From contig JAFSKP010000060.1 of assembly GCA_017448905.1 (NCBI GenBank), positions 15,867 to 79,866 on the forward strand: 64,000 nucleotides of DNA. Direction: 5' to 3'. Position numbers and translations under genes: made by a program. The notes below the pieces were generated by a model. That model saw nothing but the letters and a program-made list of their open reading frames with translations. It did not search any database and was not told the DNA's origin. The DNA comes from Bacteroidales bacterium (GTDB taxonomy: Bacteria > Bacteroidota > Bacteroidia > Bacteroidales > P3). Shown in pieces: positions 35,854 to 44,727 of the stretch (its first letter is position 1; every line of letters begins with the position of its first letter).

Positions 35854-38739
35854 GAGTTTGAATAGTTTGGCAACGCAAATGCTCTCGGTGGTGGTCTTGA
35901 TGTCGAAGCCATAGGCCTGCATCACGGCGCGGTCGTTGTCCTGGTGGGCGCGGCGTAGTTCTACGGGCATCGTCAACTCGTCGTAGAGGTCGGCGAGGCT
36001 GCTGTCGGGATAGAGGGCACGTGCGTCAAGAATGGCTTGCGCCGTCTGCTCAATTCTGGAGCACAGGCCGCTGGCCTGTGGCACGGGCGGCTCGCCCGTG
36101 CTCCCTGGCCACGGGAAGTTGTTATATACGATGTCGTTGGAATAGCGATATCGCATTTCAAGCCTGCCACAGACAGCGCGCATCCACGCCATGTGGACAT
36201 TGCTCATCAGCACACCGAAATGATAAAGTGTAGCATTGGGGATCAATATATTTGCATCGCCGCAGATGACATCGGTCGACATGAACCCCATTGGGATGTA
36301 GCGTCGGTTCTCGGACGAATGGCGAGGAATGATGATATAGTTTGTCTCCGGCTGCCGTATCTCCATGAAACGTGTGGGCTGGTCAGCATATTTGCGGGTG
36401 GCGGCCTTGCTGCTGGAGAGACGGAACTCGCGTGTCATCGCTACACGTTCCCTCACCAGCGGCATCTGGTTCAGCTCCTTGGGGGAGGCTCCCACGAGCC
36501 ACAGACAGTAGCGTGGCTCGTTGTGCAGGAACTCGCGCGCCCCTACAAAACGGCGTATGTATTTCTGAGCGTCAGGCTCGCGGTTAATGAATGTTTCGTA
36601 GTCTTCGGCCTCGATAATCAGGTTGCCTCCATCCACAGGACTGCTGCCTTTCATCAGCTCTGGCACGTCGCACAGCGGTTTCTTACGGCTCTCCACAAAG
36701 ACGTTGGGTGCCGGCAGTAGGTAGGGGTTGATGTTGTCCGCAGGGATGGTCTTGTCGCCATCGTAGATGATGTGCGGCTGGCGGTCGGGAGCGTTACAGT
36801 TGCTGAAGCCGACGATGACGCAATGGACATGGGCTTTCAGCGAAGCCTCGCTGTCCCAACGGAAGGTGCGGTGGGCGAAGTCGATGCTTATGCCATACTG
36901 TTCGACGAGCTTTTTCCAGATAGCCGCCACCTGCTCGCCTTGGGTGATGCTGTTGGTAGAGACCAGGGCTGCACGTGTGCTGGTACCTTCAATCAGCTGT
37001 GCTGCCTTGTAATACCATCCTGCCACATAGTCTATGTTTTTACCGCAGTCGTGGCAGACGAGGTCGAGGTCGGATTTCTGTTGTTCGTTCTGGAGTGAGT
37101 AGCCCACAAACGGTGGGTTGCCCATGATGTAGTCGTACTGGAGCACGGGCGGCTCGCCCGTGACCGGGAGCACAGGCCGCTGGCCTGTGACTTCACGGGC
37201 GAGCCGCCCGTGCTCCCACTCCATCTTCAGCGCGTTCCCCTCGCGGATATTGCTGTAGCTTTTCAGCGGCAGGAAGTCGATATCGCGGTGGATTATCTTT
37301 TCCGTCTCGCGAAGCATCTGCGCCTCGCTTATCCACAGGGCTGTGGTGGCGACGGTGACGGCGAAGTCGTTGATTTCGATGCCGTAGAACTGGTTGATGC
37401 TGACCTTGATGGGGTTGGCCTCCTCGAAGCCGAGGAACGACTGGCCGTGGTGGCGGGCGTTGATGACCTCGTTCTCCAGGCGGCGCAGCGAGAGATAGGT
37501 CTCGGTGAGGAAGTTGCCGCTGCCGCAGGCGGGGTCGAGGAAGGTGAGCTGCGAGAGTTTGTCCTGGTAGGCGTCAAGCCGTTTGCGACGTTCTTTTTCC
37601 ACCTTCACCTCCAGTATCTCGTCCAGCTCGCGGCGAAGGTCGTTGAGGAACAGTGGGTCGATGACCTTGTGGATGTTCTCTATCGAGGTGTAGTGCATGC
37701 CGCCGCTGCGTCGCGTTTCGGGGTTGAGCGTGCTCTCGAAGACGGCACTGAAGATGGTGGGCGAAATCTCGCTCCAGTCGAAATCGAGGCTGGCATTGTC
37801 GAGCAGGGTGCGCTTCAGTTCGTCGGTGAACTGCGGTATCTCAATCTCTTCTGCAAAGAGGCCTCCGTTGGTGTAGGGAAAAGCCTTGAGGTCGTCCTTA
37901 AGATATTTGCTGCGCTTGTCTTGCGGTGTGTTGAGGGTTTCGAAGAGACGGATGAGGGCCGAACGAAGGTCTTCGGCATCGTAGCGCACAAGATAGTCGT
38001 GGAACTGGTCGTGGGCGAAGACGCCTGCGTCCTCGGCATAGAGGCAGAAGACGATGCGGACACAGAGGATGTTGAGCCAGCGGAGTATCTCGGGGTCGGA
38101 GCACAGGCCGCTGGCCTGTGACTTCACGGGCGAGCCGCCCGTGCTCCCGGTCACGGGCGAGCCGCCCGTGCTCCGGTATTGCTTAAGCAAAGCCTCGTAG
38201 ATGCGGCCCACAATCTCGCCCGCCTGCATCGACACTTGCATCTCCTTGGTGATGTGCTCGCTCTTGGTGTCGACGAGGAATTGCAGACGGTAGTATTCCT
38301 TTGCAAGATTGGCGAGCTGTACCTTTTGCGGCTCGCCATTGGGTTGCTCCATGTCGTACACCCAGAACTCGCGGAAATTGCAGGTCACCACCCAACGGGG
38401 GTGGCGGCTCAGCGGCAATCCGACGATGTACTTCTTCGCCTGCTGGAAGGGGTTGAGCATCGCGCCGTCGCTCTGATGAATTGGGGCTCCGAGGTTCTTG
38501 TCGATGCTTTTCTGCTCTATCAGCACGCGTGTGGAGGGGAGGTAGACGTCCATAAAGTTGGTGCTGTCAACCATCACCTTGTCTTCGAACTCAACGAAAC
38601 TGTATGGGTCATCCACCCCATACACTTTCTGTAGCAGTTCGAGCCAGAATTTCTGGGTGTCGCCCTTCTCATATCCTTTGCCGCTCCAACGCTGTGAGAA
38701 CTCACTTGCGGCAGCAGCCTGTTGTCTGTCGGTAGTCAT
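35824..38739 (-). CDS. MmeI-like type IIL/IIG restriction-modification enzyme (N6-adenine DNA methyltransferase fused to endonuclease and target-recognition regions)
   Basis: 971 aa. N-terminus SEFSQRWSGKGYEKGDTQKFW, FLDPACGSGNFL (SAM motif I), YIMGNPPFVG (motif IV), NNFPWP in the C-terminal region. Confidence 0.85.
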   Translation of the reverse strand: MTTDRQQAAAASEFSQRWSGKGYEKGDTQKFWLELLQKVYGVDDPYSFVEFEDKVMVDSTNFMDVYLPSTRVLIEQKSIDKNLGAPIHQSDGAMLNPFQQAKKYIVGLPLSRHPRWVVTCNFREFWVYDMEQPNGEPQKVQLANLAKEYYRLQFLVDTKSEHITKEMQVSMQAGEIVGRIYEALLKQYRSTGGSPVTGSTGGSPVKSQASGLCSDPEILRWLNILCVRIVFCLYAEDAGVFAHDQFHDYLVRYDAEDLRSALIRLFETLNTPQDKRSKYLKDDLKAFPYTNGGLFAEEIEIPQFTDELKRTLLDNASLDFDWSEISPTIFSAVFESTLNPETRRSGGMHYTSIENIHKVIDPLFLNDLRRELDEILEVKVEKERRKRLDAYQDKLSQLTFLDPACGSGNFLTETYLSLRRLENEVINARHHGQSFLGFEEANPIKVSINQFYGIEINDFAVTVATTALWISEAQMLRETEKIIHRDIDFLPLKSYSNIREGNALKMEWEHGRLAREVTGQRPVLPVTGEPPVLQYDYIMGNPPFVGYSLQNEQQKSDLDLVCHDCGKNIDYVAGWYYKAAQLIEGTSTRAALVSTNSITQGEQVAAIWKKLVEQYGISIDFAHRTFRWDSEASLKAHVHCVIVGFSNCNAPDRQPHIIYDGDKTIPADNINPYLLPAPNVFVESRKKPLCDVPELMKGSSPVDGGNLIIEAEDYETFINREPDAQKYIRRFVGAREFLHNEPRYCLWLVGASPKELNQMPLVRERVAMTREFRLSSSKAATRKYADQPTRFMEIRQPETNYIIIPRHSSENRRYIPMGFMSTDVICGDANILIPNATLYHFGVLMSNVHMAWMRAVCGRLEMRYRYSNDIVYNNFPWPGSTGEPPVPQASGLCSRIEQTAQAILDARALYPDSSLADLYDELTMPVELRRAHQDNDRAVMQAYGFDIKTTTESICVAKLFKLYQRLTTFLS
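36058..36104. repeat. Cluster of 2 GC-rich palindromic units inside the methyltransferase ORF
   Basis: GGAGCACAGGCCGCTGGCCTGTG-GCACGGGCGGCTCGCCCGTGCTCC. Confidence 0.75.
37140..37216. repeat. Cluster of 3 GC-rich palindromic units inside the methyltransferase ORF
   Basis: GGAGCACGGGCGGCTCGCCCGTGAC / GGAGCACAGGCCGCTGGCCTGTGAC / TTCACGGGCGAGCCGCCCGTGCTCC. Confidence 0.75.
38098..38174. repeat. Cluster of 3 GC-rich palindromic units inside the methyltransferase ORF
   Basis: GGAGCACAGGCCGCTGGCCTGTGAC / TTCACGGGCGAGCCGCCCGTGCTCC / GTCACGGGCGAGCCGCCCGTGCTCC. Confidence 0.75.
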
Positions 38740-38761
38740 TTGTCAGTCTGATTTCGGAATG

Positions 38762-38769
38762 CAAAAATA
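38762..38769 (-). promoter_or_regulatory. -7 box TATTTTTG (minus strand) for the methyltransferase gene
   Basis: The reverse complement of CAAAAATA, about 25 nt upstream of the ATG at 38739. Confidence 0.5.
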
Positions 38770-38995
38770 CGACATTTTCGCCATATGGCAAAATGCGAGT
38801 CCATGGTGTTCTCTGCATATTACATCTTTCCCTGCTCGCTGCGCTGGGCTAAATCTTGTAAATCTTGTAGATAGTTTTAAACGCGCGAATTATTCATGTG
38901 CGTTCTACCAGATCTTGCACCATACGGTGAAAAAAGTTTTTTTTAGAATTCGCCTTAAATTATTGCTTATTGGTGCCATTTCATTTACCTCGCTG

Positions 38996-39520
38996 TTACC
39001 TTGTTCGGCAGAGGAACTGCAGCAGGGGGTGCATCACTGAGGGCGCGTAGACAATGGCTTTGCTGCCTGAGGGGTCCAGACGGCGGCAGATTGTGAACGT
39101 GGGTGCGCCGATGAAGAGCCTGAACTCTATCTCGCGGCGTGAGAGAGGAGGCATCTTGTAGAGCTTCATCTGGCACATGAGTTCGGGTCGGAGTCTGTCG
39201 TCGAAAGCTGGTGTGGACAGGAAGGCTTCTCGCAGCTTTTTTTTGCTTGCCGTGGTGGGGGTGATGGCGGCGAGCGGACTGTCGAAGAAGAGGTCGAGTC
39301 CGATGTCGAAAGCCACGCTGAGCAACGCATCGAATTGGCATTGCTCTTGCTGAGGGTTTCTCTTTCCGTTTTGGAAAAGTGGGTTTATCGCTTTGATGTA
39401 TGGCATGATGTCGTTGAGGAAGAGCTGGCTTTGGAGGCGGAATTCCTCATTGGTCTTGGCAGGAGGGGTCATAAGGTCGTAGGCACGGACAATGGCTAAG
39501 AGGTTGTTGCTAGGTTTCAT
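38996..39520 (-). CDS. Hypothetical protein; weak resemblance to phage lysozyme (GH24) core
   Basis: QFDALLSVAFDIG resembles the Q-YDAL-S-AFN-G block of T4/P22-type lysozymes. No convincing catalytic Glu context was seen. Confidence 0.35.
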   Translation of the reverse strand: MKPSNNLLAIVRAYDLMTPPAKTNEEFRLQSQLFLNDIMPYIKAINPLFQNGKRNPQQEQCQFDALLSVAFDIGLDLFFDSPLAAITPTTASKKKLREAFLSTPAFDDRLRPELMCQMKLYKMPPLSRREIEFRLFIGAPTFTICRRLDPSGSKAIVYAPSVMHPLLQFLCRTR

Positions 39521-39564
39521 GGATACGGTGGTTACTGGTTTTGTGGATGATGAAATGTTGTCAG

Positions 39565-39597
39565 CAAAAAAAACTCGCCAGAATTGCTTCTGGCGAG
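39565..39597 (-). terminator. Intrinsic terminator after the DUF6266 gene
   Basis: On the minus strand: CTCGCCAGAA-gcaa-TTCTGGCGAG followed by T8. Confidence 0.7.
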
Positions 39598-39625
39598 AGT
39601 GTTAGAGGTTGATGTGTAGTCGCCG

Positions 39626-40261
39626 TCAGAGGGTGATGGTGGCGATGTGCGAGGAGGGGCTTGTCTCGTTGTCCTTTTGGCGCTGCATGGCGATCCAGAT
39701 TTCAACGGTGTCTCCGGTCCAGGCTGTGGGGAGTGTGAAGGAGGCGTTGCGTTCGCTACGTTCTGCCAGCGTGGTGTTGTAGACCGCCTGCTGCTTGGTG
39801 CCGTTGTAGGCGAGGATCATGACCTTGTCGTCGGCGAGGGCGTTGCCCATGCCCGAGTTGTCGGCCCAGGTGAGGGAGAGTGTGGTGTTGTCGTTGGAGG
39901 CAGAAGGCGAGTAGGGTAGGTCGACGGGACCGTTGGAGACGAGCGTCTTGGAGTAGTCGAGCTGGTAGTCGGGCCAGGTGCCTGTGATGGCGTCGTCGAG
40001 GTTGGCGGCGACGGCGGCGTTAGGGGCGGTGATGCCCACGGCGCGTTTGCGGAAGCCTTCGGAGATGAAGCCGAGAGCCTTGGCGACGAATTTGTTGACG
40101 ATGGTGAACTTCAGGCGTTGCTGCTGCTGTGCGAGCGAGTTGCGGTCGTTGTAGCTGAGGGGGGCGGCCTTCATGACAGCCTTACCTTTCCAAGAGGAGC
40201 CGACGACGGGTCCGACTTTGCCGGAGAAACCTCCGAGGATGCCTTGCTTGATTTTTCCCAT
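39626..40261 (-). CDS. DUF6266 family protein
   Basis: The N-terminus MGKIKQGILGGFSGKVGPVVGSSWKGKAVMKAAP is as I recall for this Bacteroidota-specific family. It is monocistronic, between its own promoter and terminator. Confidence 0.65.
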   Translation of the reverse strand: MGKIKQGILGGFSGKVGPVVGSSWKGKAVMKAAPLSYNDRNSLAQQQQRLKFTIVNKFVAKALGFISEGFRKRAVGITAPNAAVAANLDDAITGTWPDYQLDYSKTLVSNGPVDLPYSPSASNDNTTLSLTWADNSGMGNALADDKVMILAYNGTKQQAVYNTTLAERSERNASFTLPTAWTGDTVEIWIAMQRQKDNETSPSSHIATITL

Positions 40262-40491
40262 GGTTTAAAGAATTTAGGGGTTTGTAAAAACTTGTTGACT
40301 TGTAGCTTTCGCAGGAACCGGGGCTTGGCTGTTTCCGGGGTGAGGCGGGAGCATGACTGGAGCTGTTGGGGCGGTGTCGCGAGGTCGCGCGCATCCTGTT
40401 GACTCACTGCCGGTGCTGTTTCGTTTTTCTCTCCTCGGCTGCGGCCTGACCCTTTCTGTTTCCAGGCCCCGTTTCCCTTTGAAAGACGATG

Positions 40492-40499
40492 CAAAGATA
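40492..40499 (-). promoter_or_regulatory. -7 box TATCTTTG (minus strand) about 230 nt upstream of the DUF6266 start
   Basis: The reverse complement of CAAAGATA. It implies a long GC-rich 5' UTR. Confidence 0.45.
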
Positions 40500-40681
40500 T
40501 GGTGTTTTTATTCCGAGAAAAGGAAAAACCGTTGGCAATCAAGCAAGAGCGTAATCGTGATACATTATGATACACAGATGTACAATGAAAAAAACACTCC
40601 GAATAACTTGTTTTTTGGGTGCAATCCAAGAAAATCGGGTGAAAAAATATTTTAAGACAAAAACTGGCTGCGTTTTTTTTA

Positions 40682-40698
40682 TGTGTCAAAATGACGCA
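40682..40698. promoter_or_regulatory. Near-palindrome TGTGTCAAAATGACGCA (same motif as at 55.5-55.7 kb)
   Basis: One mismatch relative to TGCGTCAAAATGACGCA. Confidence 0.35.
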
Positions 40699-40982
40699 AA
40701 TAGTTGTTTTTGTGTCAAGACGCATCATGCGGTAAAACATGTTGTACCCAAAGGATTCCGGCATGCCCGAAAAAGGCAGGTGGGATATGTCCCTGCATCC
40801 GAGAAACGGCAAAAGGACAAGACCTTTCAGCTTTTCGGATGAACTCACACTCGCGTTGTGGAACGTCTCAAGACCGAGTCTCTTGTCTGTCATTTTTAGG
40901 GCTTTCAGTGCGTTTGACATGGCTCGTATTGCGGAATCGTCACTGTTTTGGAAAAAAACATCAATTTCTGAAAAAAAGTTCG

Positions 40983-40990
40983 TATTTTTG
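40983..40990 (+). promoter_or_regulatory. -7 box TATTTTTG upstream of the redox gene string
   Basis: TAnnTTTG match about 140 nt upstream of the ATG at 41128. Confidence 0.4.
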
Positions 40991-41127
40991 CAGTGTGGCA
41001 TGGCTGTGTTTTTTTTTGTTTTTTGACACTATAAAAATACTAAAAATTAGTCGATTACACTAATTGTCATGCCATTTTTTTTATAAAATCACTTGTCAAA
41101 CTTTAGTTGAAAATAGGAGAACAGACC

Positions 41128-41373
41128 ATGACAGAGAAAGACGATAACAAGAAAGTGACTTTCAAGACTTTTGAGAACGAACATATCAAGGTGTTCTGGA
41201 ATCCCAGAGCCTGCACCCATGCGGGCATGTGCGTGCGTGGAAACGGGAAGGTGTTCGAGGTGGGTCGCCGCCCGTGGATAGACCTCTCGCAGGCTTCCGC
41301 CGAGGAGATCGCCGCCATCATCGACCGCTGCCCGTCGAAGGCTTTGCAGTATGAGTTGAAAAATGCCAATTGA
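41128..41373 (+). CDS. Divergent 4Fe-4S mono-cluster protein (YjdI-like)
   Basis: VFWNPRACTHAGMCVRGNGKVFEVGRRPWIDL...RCPSKALQYEL. Confidence 0.65.
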   Translation: MTEKDDNKKVTFKTFENEHIKVFWNPRACTHAGMCVRGNGKVFEVGRRPWIDLSQASAEEIAAIIDRCPSKALQYELKNAN

Positions 41374-41869
41374 AAACCGGATGATACAGACACATTGCCA
41401 CGACTGCGGAACACCGCTCATAGAAAAGGAGCTTGAGGGCGAGGGTATCGTCCCCTACTGCCCCAAGTGTGAGCAGTACCGCTTTCCCATGTACAACGTG
41501 GCCGTGAGCATGATAGTCATCAACGAGGAGAACGGCCAGATTCTGCTGATAGAACAGTACGGAAGACCCAACTTCATCCTCGTGGCAGGCTATGTCAACC
41601 GTGGCGAGGAACTGGAGCACGCCGTGGGACGCGAGATAAAGGAGGAGACGGGCATGACCGTCAGCCGAATCAAGTTCAACCGCACCAGCTTCTTCGAGCC
41701 GTCAAACACGCTGATGTGCAACTTCACGGCCTTCGTGACGGATGACAGCGAAATGTCGCCAAATGGGGAGATAGACTCCTATGAGTGGTTCACGCCGGAG
41801 GAGGCAAGAAAGAATATCAGACCCAACAGCCTCGCGGAGAGGTTTCTGAACGCATATCTTGATGAATAG
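41363..41869 (+). CDS. NUDIX hydrolase with N-terminal zinc ribbon (NADH pyrophosphatase-like)
   Basis: CHDCGTPL...CPKCEQ, with Nudix box GYVNRGEELEHAVGREIKEETG. Confidence 0.8.
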   Translation: MPIENRMIQTHCHDCGTPLIEKELEGEGIVPYCPKCEQYRFPMYNVAVSMIVINEENGQILLIEQYGRPNFILVAGYVNRGEELEHAVGREIKEETGMTVSRIKFNRTSFFEPSNTLMCNFTAFVTDDSEMSPNGEIDSYEWFTPEEARKNIRPNSLAERFLNAYLDE

Positions 41870-41894
41870 ATGATTATGAAGAGAATAGCACTTA

Positions 41895-42449
41895 ATGGAA
41901 AAAATCATGGAAGAAATTAGAATAGACATGCGGACACAGACTCCGCAGGAGATAGAGATGTCGGTGCGCGACGCACAGTTGTGTTTCAAACTCAACCACA
42001 CGATGCCTTACACCGATGAGTATAACGCCATACTCGGCGAACTTTTCGGAGACCGCCTCGGTGAGGGAAGCCGCGTGATGCCAGGCCTCACCGTGGTGCG
42101 CTCCAAGAACGTCACCATCGGCAAAAATGTGGTGATTATGAACAACTGCCTGATGATGTCCGCCGGCGGAATCACCATCGACGACAACGCCCTCATCGCC
42201 GCCAACGCGCAGCTCATCAGCAATAACCACGACCTTGAGGAACACATGATTATCACTTGCAAGCCCGTGCATCTGAAACGCAACTGCTGGATAGGTGCGG
42301 GAGCCACCATACTCCCTGGAGTAACCGTGGGAGAAAACTCCGTGGTTGGAGCGGGCAGCGTGGTAACAAAGGACATCCCCGACAACTGTATCGCCGTGGG
42401 TTCTCCGGCTAAAGTGGTGAAAACTATAAATAAAGAAAAAGATGAGTGA
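41895..42449 (+). CDS. Sugar O-acetyltransferase (left-handed beta-helix; maltose/galactoside acetyltransferase-like)
   Basis: Hexapeptide repeats and NCWIGAGATILPGVTVGENSVVGAGSVV. Confidence 0.85.
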   Translation: MEKIMEEIRIDMRTQTPQEIEMSVRDAQLCFKLNHTMPYTDEYNAILGELFGDRLGEGSRVMPGLTVVRSKNVTIGKNVVIMNNCLMMSAGGITIDDNALIAANAQLISNNHDLEEHMIITCKPVHLKRNCWIGAGATILPGVTVGENSVVGAGSVVTKDIPDNCIAVGSPAKVVKTINKEKDE

Positions 42450-42990
42450 TAAGCCCACAGGCAAGGATTATGTAGGAAGCGACGAGCTCTATGCCGACGT
42501 GCAGCGGTGCATGAAACTGGTGGCGGAGATGAACACGGGCTACCACACCGAGGCCGAGGTGCGCGGGTATCTGCGGCAGATTACCGGCTCGGAGATTGAC
42601 GAGACGGTGCGGGTGTTTCCGCCGTTCAACATCAACTACGGCAACAAGACCACCTTCGGCAAGGGCAGCTTCGTGAACTTCGGCTGCACCTTCCTCGCCC
42701 TCGGTGGCATCACCATCGAGGAGGGCGCCTTCATCGCGCCGCACTGCGTGCTGTCCACCGAGTACCACCCCGAAAATCCCGAAACGCGCCACTCCCTGCT
42801 GACCAAGCCCGTCATTATCGGTCGCAACGCATGGATAGGAGCCAACGCCACCATTCTGGCCGGTGTCACCGTGGGTGAGAACGCCATAGTAGCGGCGGGA
42901 GCCGTGGTGAATAGGGATGTTCCGGCAAACACCATCGTGGGCGGAGTGCCTGCAAAAGTAATCAGACAAATTAAAAAAGAAACAATATGA
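42442..42990 (+). CDS. Sugar O-acetyltransferase (paralog)
   Basis: NAWIGANATILAGVTVGENAIVAAGAVV. In tandem with the previous gene. Confidence 0.85.
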   Translation: MSDKPTGKDYVGSDELYADVQRCMKLVAEMNTGYHTEAEVRGYLRQITGSEIDETVRVFPPFNINYGNKTTFGKGSFVNFGCTFLALGGITIEEGAFIAPHCVLSTEYHPENPETRHSLLTKPVIIGRNAWIGANATILAGVTVGENAIVAAGAVVNRDVPANTIVGGVPAKVIRQIKKETI

Positions 42991-44009
42991 AGAAGTTAGC
43001 ATTATTCGCATTCGCTGCCGCCCTGATGCTGGTCGGCTGCAAGAACAACAATCAGACCGCCGAGGCGCAACCCGCCGAAGAGGAGGCCGTCGTTTATCTG
43101 ACCAAGGACATCAGTCCCGAAGGGCTTGTGGCCATCTACAAGGCGTTGGGGGTGGAAGCCGAAGGGCGTGTGGCCGTCAAGATGAGCACCGGCGAGGGCA
43201 GCAATCCCAACTACCTGAAGCCCGAACTTATCAAGCTGCTGGTGGAGAAAGTGAACGGCACCATTGTGGAGTGCAATACCGCCTACAGCAGCGGCCCTGG
43301 CAACGAGCAGGACGACCGCAACAACTCTGCCAACCACTGGAAGGTCATCGAGCGGCACGGATTCACTCCGCTGTTCAAGGTTGACATCATGGACGAGGAA
43401 GGCGAGATGCGCATCCCCGTGCAGGACACCACCCACCTCAAGTACGACATTGTGGGCAGCCACATGGCCAACTATGACTTTATGATTGCCCTCAACCACT
43501 TCAAGGGACACCCGATGGGCGGTTACGGCGGAGCGTTGAAGAACCTCAGCATCGGCTGTGGCAGCGCCAACGGGAAAGCCTACATCCATTCCTCGGGCAA
43601 GATGGAAGTGCTCGATATGGCGAAACTCTGGACTCCAGAATATATCGGCGACCAGGACGGCTTCCTCGAATCTATGGCCGCCGCCGCACAAGCCGTTACC
43701 GACTATTTCCGCGCCAAGAAGGGCATCATCTACATCAGCGTGATGAACAACATGAGCATCGACTGCGACTGCGTCGACCACCCCGCACCAGTGAAGCTTG
43801 AGGACTACGGCATCCTCGCCTCCACCGACCCCGTGGCTCTCGACCAAGCCTGCATCGACATAATCAACAACCAGCAGGTGACGGCCACCAACGACCCCAC
43901 CGACCTCCTCAGCCGCATTGACAAACAGCACGGAATCCACACCATCGAGTGGGCTGAGAAGATTGGCCTCGGAACCCGCAAATACACATTGGTAAGTATC
44001 GATAAATAA
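42987..44009 (+). CDS. DUF362 domain protein with lipoprotein signal
   Basis: Lipobox LMLVGC. VYLTKDISPEGLVAIYKAL...VAVKMSTGE and HFKGHPMGGYGGALKNLSIGCGS. Confidence 0.7.
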   Translation: MKKLALFAFAAALMLVGCKNNNQTAEAQPAEEEAVVYLTKDISPEGLVAIYKALGVEAEGRVAVKMSTGEGSNPNYLKPELIKLLVEKVNGTIVECNTAYSSGPGNEQDDRNNSANHWKVIERHGFTPLFKVDIMDEEGEMRIPVQDTTHLKYDIVGSHMANYDFMIALNHFKGHPMGGYGGALKNLSIGCGSANGKAYIHSSGKMEVLDMAKLWTPEYIGDQDGFLESMAAAAQAVTDYFRAKKGIIYISVMNNMSIDCDCVDHPAPVKLEDYGILASTDPVALDQACIDIINNQQVTATNDPTDLLSRIDKQHGIHTIEWAEKIGLGTRKYTLVSIDK

Positions 44010-44027
44010 AAAAAAAACTATATCCTT

Positions 44028-44543
44028 ATGAATATTTTGATTTTACAAGGCTCGCCGAGAGCCAACGGCAACACCGCATGGATGGCGGAAGAGTATAAGA
44101 AAGCTGCCGAGGCAGCAGGTCACAAAGTGACGCTGGTGGACGTTGCGAAGAAGAAGATTGCAGGCTGTCTGGCTTGCGAGTACTGCCATAACAAGGGAAA
44201 TGGAGCCTGCATCCAGAAGGATGACATGCAGGAACTCTATCCGCTGATGGCGGAAGCGGAGGCACTTGTATTGGCCGCCCCCATCTACTACTTCACGCTC
44301 TGCGCCCAGATACAGCTTCCCATCCAGCGCATGTACTGCGTGAACAAGCCTGCCAAGGTCAAGAAGATGGCGCTTCTGATGTCATCCCACTCGCCCAAAG
44401 TCTATGATGGAGCAGTCGCCGAAGTGTGCGACATCTGCAACTACTGGAGCGTGGAGAATATGGGCTATGTCAGCGCAAAAATCGACGAGCAGAAGACCGA
44501 TGCCACGCTGAAAAAAATCCAGGCATTGGTGGAGAAAGTGTAG
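44028..44543 (+). CDS. Flavodoxin-like fold NAD(P)H-dependent FMN reductase family protein
   Basis: MNILILQGSPRANGNT and LVLAAPIYYF. Confidence 0.8.
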   Translation: MNILILQGSPRANGNTAWMAEEYKKAAEAAGHKVTLVDVAKKKIAGCLACEYCHNKGNGACIQKDDMQELYPLMAEAEALVLAAPIYYFTLCAQIQLPIQRMYCVNKPAKVKKMALLMSSHSPKVYDGAVAEVCDICNYWSVENMGYVSAKIDEQKTDATLKKIQALVEKV

Positions 44544-44546
44544 TGC

Positions 44547-44720
44547 ATGAAACGATTCGCTTTGGTAATACCCGTTCTCTTGCTTTTGGCAGGATGCGGC
44601 GGAGATAAAAAAGGAGAAAGTATGTCGATAACAGTCAATCTGAGGTACACCGGCACCGACGGCAACGCCCTTAAATTCGCCGAGGAGATGGTTTCCAGCG
44701 GCACCGTGGATGCCATCTGA
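44547..44720 (+). pseudogene. 57-codon ORF: lipobox plus the N-terminal third of an ABM (antibiotic biosynthesis monooxygenase)-like domain, probably truncated
   Basis: My own translation is MKRFALVIPVLLLLAGCGGDKKGESMSITVNLRYTGTDGNALKFAEEMVSSGTVDAI*. It is too short for the fold. Confidence 0.3.
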
Positions 44721-44727
44721 AACAATC

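Noticed and set aside
40171-41001. A 276-aa minus-strand ORF spanning the DUF6266 upstream region.
   Set aside because: It runs through a predicted promoter and leader and through an AT-rich junction. It overlaps the 5' end of the DUF6266 gene out of frame, and its translation has no coherent domain or composition.
41111-41120. An AGGAGA Shine-Dalgarno-like sequence before the YjdI-like gene.
   Set aside because: Bacteroidota generally do not use SD pairing for initiation. This is likely coincidental and was not used as evidence for the start.
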